From Paraspadella gotoi (Eukaryota; Animalia; Chaetognatha): a stretch of 64,000 bases of DNA. This document shows, piece after piece, positions 55,923-64,000 of the stretch (the first letter of the stretch is position 1; every line of letters starts with the position of its first letter). The stretch spans positions 16,081,562-16,145,561 of the forward strand of contig CM119270.1 in assembly GCA_051294375.1 (NCBI GenBank), read 5' to 3'. The notes beneath the pieces were generated by a model that was not told where the DNA came from, did no database searches, and saw only the letters and a list, made by a program, of their open reading frames with translations. The position numbers and the translations under genes are program-made.

Positions 55923-57025
55923 TTAAATCTTCTTTTCGATTCTTGAAAAAATTTTTTCCAGGAGGAGGCTCGTATCTGCGGATAAAGGAAACGCATGACT
56001 CAGTTAGTAAATATCAACAAAACAGATTCAATCTCTACAAAAACATTATTAACAGACGTTAGATGAGATGAATTATAGTCGGGCATCGCATAAGTTCACC
56101 CCGCCTATAATGTATATATGATATATGCATGACGCCTTCGCTCGTGACCAGCTACCTCATTGAGTAAAAGCCATCAGCTCGTGACCACTAGGTACCGGGT
56201 TCTTAATCCCAACTCGGTTCCTCCCTTGCGGGAAGTGTGAAGACTGAAGACAACTGTCCTCCGCGCCGTGGTTAAAATCCCAGGACCCGTTTCATGGGTG
56301 CTAAAGGGTGTTAAAGAAGTTGCCAATAGTCATCTTCAGCCCACTTGGCGCCTTATCCACGGAATCGCGCAGAACGATTGTTGTTACGAGATTTTTTTTT
56401 TTTATGAAATTGGTACAACCAATATAAAAATTATCCATTCAGTTAATAAATAAGCTATCTTGCCCCTGACTTTGGACAGGCTTTGTTGGTTTAAGGCCTT
56501 CATCACTCTTACAAGATAATGACATAGCAGTTTCTTTGCAAGCTTATTTTATTTTTTTTTCTTTACTCTCCCCGTTTGGGCATACCTTTCTTCTCTTTCT
56601 CCGGCTTGACTTCAACCCATTCATTGTCGTCATTGCAGATTTTGATCTTGCATCCGCCGACTCCGTTGATGCTTCCGCAATCCTGAAAGAGAACAGAGCC
56701 GACTGACCAGTGATCATGCTTTGATGGGAAGATCAGCTTTCGATGATTATCGCAACCACCATAAAGATGCGACAGAACAACGTAATGATTTAAAAATGTT
56801 GGGTCAGAACGAGAAAAAAAAAAATAAAAACGTATGCTCTGAAATGATCACGACCAACCCGGAGTCACAAGAAATAAAGAAATATAGTAATGAATCTCCC
56901 AATGTTGTCACCTCGAGTCGCGATCCCGGGTAGCACCAATCACCGTCGATCCAAGCAGAGGCGAAACCAACGACGAACAAAAGGACGATCGTCGTCGCCA
57001 CCAAATTCCATCGCCAAACTTTCAT
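55923..57025 (-). CDS. Small secreted 4-Cys peptide (~87 aa precursor)
   Basis: Exons 57025-56912, 56682-56586, 55975-55923: MKVWRWNLVATTIVLLFVVGFASA-WIDGDWCYPGSRLEDCGSINGVGGCKIKICNDDNEWVEVKPEKEKKDTSLLLEKIFSRIEKKI; third exon less certain. Confidence 0.7.
56140..56390 (+). mobile_element. Probable tRNA-derived SINE-like sequence
   Basis: GC-richer island with GCTCGTGACC..CCGGGTTCTTAATCCC; single copy in the window, ends undefined. Confidence 0.35.
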
Positions 57026-59165
57026 TTTGTTTATATATATGACGATAGTTATTTTATTTCTATTATGGAAAAGTAAGAATCTAATGAAACCCAAACTGAA
57101 TTGAAAAAGGAAGAAATGACATTTAAATCCAACAAAGTTTTATCTTTAATTCTATTTTTTTTTTTTAGTAATGGACAAAGACGACTCTTTGTTTAACATT
57201 CACTCGATCCTTATCACGGAATGATATTCACGGTTTTTTTCCTTTTTATTAATACAAATACCTACATACGTACGCAAATTCAAGACGAGGTAGATTTCTT
57301 ATATATGAATAAATCCCTTTGCCGCAGATATAGAGTTCACTGTAAAGACGTTAATCGACCCTTCCCGAGAGCCATCGCCCGTTAAATTCGGTCTCAACTG
57401 TAAACGGCCGCGCATAAAAGTCGAATTGAATCGAAACCACGCGATCGAATTTGCGAGGGAGACCCGAATTTAAATAAAAAGGGAAATTAATTAGTTAATT
57501 AAGTGACTGATGGCTCGATAGAAGCCAACGTTTATTTTATTTGTATCGTTGGTGGCCCGAAAATTATACGTCACTTTTGGTTTAGAAGATTTCGAAGTAA
57601 CATGCGTGACTTGAGTCTAAATGGTGAGTAATTTTGTGACATTATTTTAACTATTCTCATTTCTGCACTAAGACTGTTTTTTTTCCCCCGTGAATTAAGA
57701 ATAAGAGAAAATAAAAAGAAAGAAAACACTGTGGAAGACGATGCCGGGGGTATAACGGGGTATGAAATACTACCGCTACAACACCGACATACATAACATA
57801 CAGTTTACCAGAACTTTTATTTTTATTTCGCCTTACTGGTGGCCAGTGATTTAAACCCGATTTATTTAACTTTTATTTAATTTTTTTTTTATCTGCTGAT
57901 TCGTTTCGGTTTTTTGGGGATTTTATTTCCATTACGAGATAAAAAATAGGGTTATCGTGACCGATTCGGTTTTCGATTACGAAAACAAAAGACATCTCGT
58001 CGTTTGTCGCATAAACCTAAATTTACTGTGTTCTTTGAAACCTAATTTTGATGCTCTACTGATCGTGTTATTGTTTGCATTACTGTTATCTACTTTGTGT
58101 TTTGTAAAACCACTGTGGCCCATGGTCCTCGGACCCGCTGTATGAATAAATACAAATACAAATACAAATACAAATACAGTTGAGAAAGCATCGTTGTGAA
58201 AATAGAAAACATAGTAGTTAAACCGAGGTTTATTTTTAAAAAGAGAAGAGAAACTTAAAAAAGGAAAGAAAAGAAAAAGTAAAGTGATGGAAGCCTGTCC
58301 AAAGTCAGGGGCAAGATAGCTTATTTATTAAATGAATGGATAATTTTTATATTGGTTGTACCAATTTCATAAAAGAAAAGTCTTAAAAAATAATTAAGCA
58401 TCAAAGAACTATCGTCAGAGACCAAAATTCAACTTTCTCTCTATGTTCATCGATCGACCAATCGAAAGCGCGCCCCCCCTGACCCCCACCTTCACCAACC
58501 CCCAGCTCCCCCTAGGGGCGACGATGATTTCAACTCTTTCGCCCTCCTGCGGTCGCCGGCGAAATCCGGGAGGATTTCCACTAAAAACGTCACCGAGAAA
58601 AAAAAAAGAGTGAATTTGATCACGAAATCACTCACACACAAAAAAAAGTTGGTCGATCAGTGTGACCGAATAAAATCTATTAAGGGAGAAAAAAGTAAAT
58701 TAGAAAAAAAAATTGATTAATTTTTTTATATAAAAAAAATTCCCTTTATAGTAGTCGGCACGGATACGATATCATAGTTAAATCTAACCGCAATAATACT
58801 ACCAAAAAAAAAATAAAATTCTCCAGAAAAACCTTAATAATTAGCCGATATAGTTACTACACTCGGATGCATGTTGATTAATCGCCTCTCACGTCGTAAA
58901 TTTCGGAAATGAAAAGGAAACCAAAAAAAAAAAAAAAATATTATTAAATAAATAATCATCTTCTTTTTCGCGGACATCGCGTGTCAGAGTTGCTCTTTCT
59001 TCGCTGATTTTCGTCCCCAATTCCTTTGATTAATATCTTTAAATAGGTCGCCTACTCGCCTCTGGATTCTTATCTTCTTCCTCCTCCTCCTCCTCCTCCT
59101 TCGCCCCTTCCTCCCATTCGACTCTTATGTCATCCCTTGTCAGTTTTCGTAGTTAATCTTTTTGT

Positions 59166-60655
59166 TGGGGGAAAACTTAAACCCCTCCGGGTAAAAAAGG
59201 TTGGTTAAAGAAATTGAATTAAGCACCTGCTCAACAAAAATTTAGAACATTTTTTAAAATTGAAATAGACAAAATTTTTTTATATTACCTCAATAACTCC
59301 ATATATTACACACATTTTTAATATTTATTATAAATAGGAACAGGCTACAAATTTTTTTGGATTTTTTGATTTTCAAGAAGATCAGATTTCAGGTGAAGCT
59401 TGCACAAAAAGTTGTTACACAAAGTATAATTCTTTATTTTCGATATTTATGATCATCAAGTATGTGAAGAAATATGAAAAACTATTTATAAAATCATCAT
59501 CATCATCCATTTTTTTGAATAAATTTTATACTTTCCTTACTATTTTGGACCAAGAAAACATAAAATATTTCGAAGTTGTAGTGTAAATTTTTATTTAACT
59601 TTTTTATGCTCTACTCAAGAATCCCATCAAAAAAGTTAAGATTGATAAAAAAAATTTTTATCAATTATATAGTAATTATTGTTAATTTTAATAGCAACAA
59701 TAAAAGGCATTAAAATCGAACTTGCTATTTCTAAAGAATTCTTTCATTTTCATCATAAAAGAGACTTTAAGCACTAAAATTTTGAAACCACGCCCTCATT
59801 AGAATTTAATTGTCATAGTAGAATTTTCTATTCTTTGTTGCCCCGCCTTTTTTTCTACCTGATTAGTTTTTGTCTGCTAACCCATCAGATCCTGCCACTC
59901 ACCTAAGACGTTTAACCGTCCACATTCTACGTTCTCTTTCCTTTCTTTCCTTTTTCCTTTTTTATCCTTTCTTTTTATGAAAAAGTTATGATGCTACAGA
60001 TGAAATATACTTGATTCACTATTTTTCATTTTTCTATTTTAACTATTGGATATTTTATGAAGGATTTAGTATTTTAATCTATAATTATTTATTTCAAACA
60101 TATATTGCTTTTCTTTTTTAAAAAATGTCTTTATTTATCTAATAATACAATTTGGAAGGGAACGTCACGTGTTGTCTTCTGGAAATAGAGGGAGCATCTA
60201 TTGAGCAACACAAGTTAGATTACTATCTGTCCTAGTTTTCTAATAGATACACAACATCCATTTCTGTTAGAAAGTCATTAATGAAAATCGCATAATATCT
60301 AAGAGGCTGAACAGAAAGAGGGTCGAATGGATAATTTTTTTGAGGGACCAACGTATAACTATGATTCTTTTTTACAATAGGGATAAGACTACCAATGTAG
60401 AATTGTATGTTCTGATAGGGATACAATACTGGGGAAAGGTCTATAGGGAGGCAACCTTATAGTCTTGAATATAAATCTTTAAAAATACCTTTAATGAAAT
60501 TTATTTTTTCTTTATCCTATTTTTTAATTATTTCTTTTTGAATATTTTTTATCATTTTATGTTTATCACAATGGGAAGTGTCATACAGTTGGTACTATAC
60601 CCTTCATGATTCCAGGCTCTTTATAGTCCCAATATCCAGTGTATAATGGTCGAGC
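59166..60655. mobile_element. AT-rich non-autonomous DNA transposon sequence (error-rich)
   Basis: Left part matches 5218-5810; right part matches 29400-30050 inverted and 47500-48142. Confidence 0.65.
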
Positions 60656-60770
60656 TATATTCTTATTTAATTCTCAACTTTGATTAACTTCACTTTTCTT
60701 CTTCACTCTTCTTCATCTTCCTCCTCGCTCCTTTTCCACCTCCAACCCACCCAGACTCTCTCTTCTCTCT

Positions 60771-60825
<55 letters not shown>

Positions 60826-61324
60826 CACCACCACCATCTCTCATGAAATCTCCTCCTATAAAACCAAACTCGTCATGCGAATTTCTCGACTTCCCAAACT
60901 TTCTCCCAAAAAAAAAAGTCGAGACTCCAAATTTATTTTCCCGGGACGAATTTATTTTTCTTTCACCGATTCCTCTTTTCCTAGAGGAAATTGGCGAGAA
61001 AAAAAAAGCGAAACCAAAGTAGAAACATAAAGCAAAACAAAAAAAAACAAAAAAAAACAGCAGATCATTTAACTTTCGAAAGGGGGCCTTCCTCTTTCAC
61101 TCAGTTCCTCCGAAACGGATCGTCAAGGATGGTCTACTCTCTGGAGGATCAGCTTGCATCCTAGAGTCGACGAAGGCTTTCGATCGACTCAACGGCTCCG
61201 CCTACTTGTGGAGCCGACTGTCGGGATCTTACGGATCGACGCCGCCGCCCGCCGCAGCGGCAGCCGCCGAGGAAGGCAGGAGTCTCTCCGGCGTCGTCGC
61301 CGTTGGATTCGGGTGCCGGGCGCC

Positions 61325-62972
61325 ATGGCCGATCTAGAGACGATGCCAACGCTGTTTTTGGGCGCGCCGTCTAAGGTGATTTAAGAAAACAAAAACAAGA
61401 ATACAAAACAAAACTACGAAACAGAACGAAACCCTAAAGCCAAATGATGGAATGGCTCTCTTCATTGGCAACCTTTCAAAATCAGACTTTTTAAAAAAAT
61501 ACAATTAAAACAATATAATAAAAAACAAATATTAAAAACTAAACATTCAAATTTTTTTTTACGCCTGATCATTCAGAAAATGTTTAAATATGTATGATGT
61601 TGAAATTGTTTTCATTTTTCTAACAATTTTATTACCTTTTCCGTCATAATCAACGACAACCCCGCTTCAATCCCCTTCCATCCTTCACTTAAAAGAGCTA
61701 CACCGACGAGCTGGTGGAAGAGGATTGGGCGACGTTCAAGACTACTTGACGCCGCGAGGGGGCGTGGCGCGCGGAAGGCTTCATCACCGACGCGGCGCCG
61801 GACGCCGTCTCCCTCATCGAGACGCATATCCGTGACAAGTGGGCGGATTCGCCGAGAGTCCGGCTCGTCTTTTGCGGAGTCGTCACCGACGTCGGAAACG
61901 TTTGGGAGTTCGCCGACGGGTGAGAGGCGGAGTGGGGGGGGGGGCGATGGGCCGGAAAAAAGTGGGACGGCAAATGGGGTCGGAGACTGGGTAGATAAAA
62001 GAATGCGGCTGGCAGTGAGAAGCAAAGATTTGGTAGAAGAGGGTCATAGGCTGTGTGGTTCCGCATTCTTTTTTAATCTGTGTGGAAAAGGAGCTGCAGA
62101 CGGACGGAGCAGGAGGCGGATGGGAAAGGAATCCGGAGTCTGGGTGAAAAGGGGATATTTTCATTGCAAATATTATACTAATACTAATAATATACTAATA
62201 ATAAAATAATAATAATAATAAATACTAATAATACTAATACTAATACTAATCTAATACTAATACTATCCATTCATTGCAATACTAATTATGCTTAGACGGA
62301 AAAAGAGCAAATCCTTACTCCCACACACAGATCCGTGGTGCCCTTCAGCCAATTCGCTTCCGTCATCGAATCGCGCGAGGGGCCTCTCGCTCTCGACGTC
62401 ATTAGCGGCACGCCCACCGCCGCCGATTGGAGCGCCAAGATCAAAGCCTTCAACGCCAAGAACGCGCCGCACAAGGTCGAGCGTGAGAAAGAAATGGTGT
62501 TACCTCTACTAATCTCTCAATCACATTCACCCACATGATGAATTTGGTTGTGTAAGAGAAAATACCAATAAATAATACCCAAAAGGAGTTAAACTAAACA
62601 ATCTAAAAAAAAACTGATTTTTTTTCCTTCATTCAATCTCCGAAAAAGGTCATCAATCTCTTCGTGCCGGAAAAACCTGGCCGCGCCGACCGAGAACCGG
62701 AGGACGTTGCCCAGACGGCGCCAAAAACCGTCGGCAGCGGCTCCGCGAAGGCGCCGGTAACAACTGCAGCCCCCGCCGCCGCAGCAGCAGCCCCGGAAAA
62801 CGACGACGAAGACCCGGAGCAGCGGCGACTGCGCGCGGACGCGCTGCTGGAGGCGGCGAAGAAGGAAAGAGTGATGGAGGTGATCAGCGACGGGCTGAAG
62901 ATCGGACCCGAAAAGCGATGCACCGAACGCTTCGCCAAATACGAAAAGTTGAGGAAGAACAAATACTGGTGA
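61325..62972 (+). CDS. Uncharacterised ~245-aa protein, possibly an inactive caspase-like fold plus an Ala/Pro linker
   Basis: Exons 61325-61375, 61696/61698-61919, 62331-62475, 62649-62972 with GC-rich codons. Exon 2 needs either a GAG acceptor or a 1-nt indel near 61740. The 5' end is uncertain. Confidence 0.6.
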
Positions 62973-63309
62973 GGATTAGGATTTAGGGTGGACCGTGGTG
63001 GTAAAAAAATACAGAACGCACCGTACGCGGGATGAACGTTCGGCGCTGACCGGGTTTTATTAAATTGCCCCGTTCGAACCGAATTTTGCTGTAAAGCACA
63101 ACAGACGCAAACAAACAATTTTATTTTTCTTCATCATCATCTCCCAAGTTTTGTTTTTTATTGGTTGATTTGTTTTGGTTTTGTTTTTGGTTTTCGTGAA
63201 TAACATTTATTACTACTACCAGCGGGAAATAAATAAAAAAATAACTAAAACTACACAACTATTATTCTAAGGCGGATTTCATTCTTTTGAAATAAGTTGT
63301 GCAAATTCA

Positions 63310-63339
<30 letters not shown>

Positions 63340-63340
<1 letters not shown>

Positions 63341-63735
63341 ACGACGACGACGACGTAGTTTTGGATGAAACGATGTAAATGAAGACGCCGCTTTCGGCCG
63401 CGCCGCTTTGCCGCGCCGCCTTTATCGCGCGTAAGGGGCGACGCCAGCTGCACCCCTCCTTCCTTTTCCTCCTCCTCACAACGCGACGAGGTCTTCCAAA
63501 CCCCGAAGGGTTCGACCTTTTTGAGAAATCCCGGGCGGTGGCGCCAGGGTGTAGTAATTGGAGTAAGTGGGGGTGGTAGGGAACCACTTCCAATCCGGTA
63601 GAAGTGATAGGGAAAGTCGTACCTGAGATGCAATAGGGGAAGGGGGAAGGGAAGAGTGGTAGGATGGGCGGGACGCGCTACGGACAGTTTTAGGTGAGTT
63701 ATCTCGAGCGAGGAAAGAAGAGTGAGTCTTGCTAG
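63340..63735 (-). CDS. Probable 3' exon(s) of a gene entering from beyond the window; frame unresolved
   Basis: GC-rich coding-like sequence after acceptor CATCTCAG at about 63622; all three frames are partly open. Confidence 0.3.
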
Positions 63736-64000
63736 GTAAGTTGAGTAAATTAAACCCACTTCTTTAAATCAAAAAGTTTTTGATAGCTTTTAATTTGTAA
63801 AGAAATTATTAAATATATGAATAATTTACAAATATAAAAACTTGAACTATTAGATATTTTAAGACGAGTCATAGTACCCATAGTTTAATATATGCATTGG
63901 ACATTTTGCCAATTCCTAAAACCGTCCATGGTCAAGTTCGGCAAGCTATTATTCTCACTCTCCACCCTCACAACATTCCACCCTAACCATCCACCCCAAC

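Overview
AT-rich eukaryotic DNA, most likely from a non-arthropod invertebrate animal (spliceosomal GT-AG introns, TTAGGG repeats, abundant (GA)n microsatellites). It has a 100-N scaffold gap at 21938-22037 and visibly error-prone sequence at about 17-27.5 kb and 59-64 kb. Most six-frame ORFs are single exons or microsatellite artefacts. Manual splicing gives three tandem minus-strand paralogs of a ~490-aa extracellular domain I cannot assign to a family. Two end in a Thr/Pro stalk, a TM helix and a DNxG[FY] tail; the third instead continues through micro-exons into a ~330-aa Cys-rich extension. There is also a relic of a fourth copy, an SH3BGR-like gene, a small secreted 4-Cys peptide gene, a small gene split by a hAT-like insertion, and a plus-strand gene that may encode an inactive caspase-like fold. 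Mobile DNA includes hAT-like elements with 8-bp TSDs, DINE/HINE-like elements, Penelope-type palindromes with minimal hammerhead ribozymes, and a TTAGGG-bearing element in three copies. Also present are several 200-270-bp elements that combine an internal tRNA-like promoter with LTR-like termini and 4-bp TSDs. All gene models are hand-derived and unverified by transcripts or database searches.
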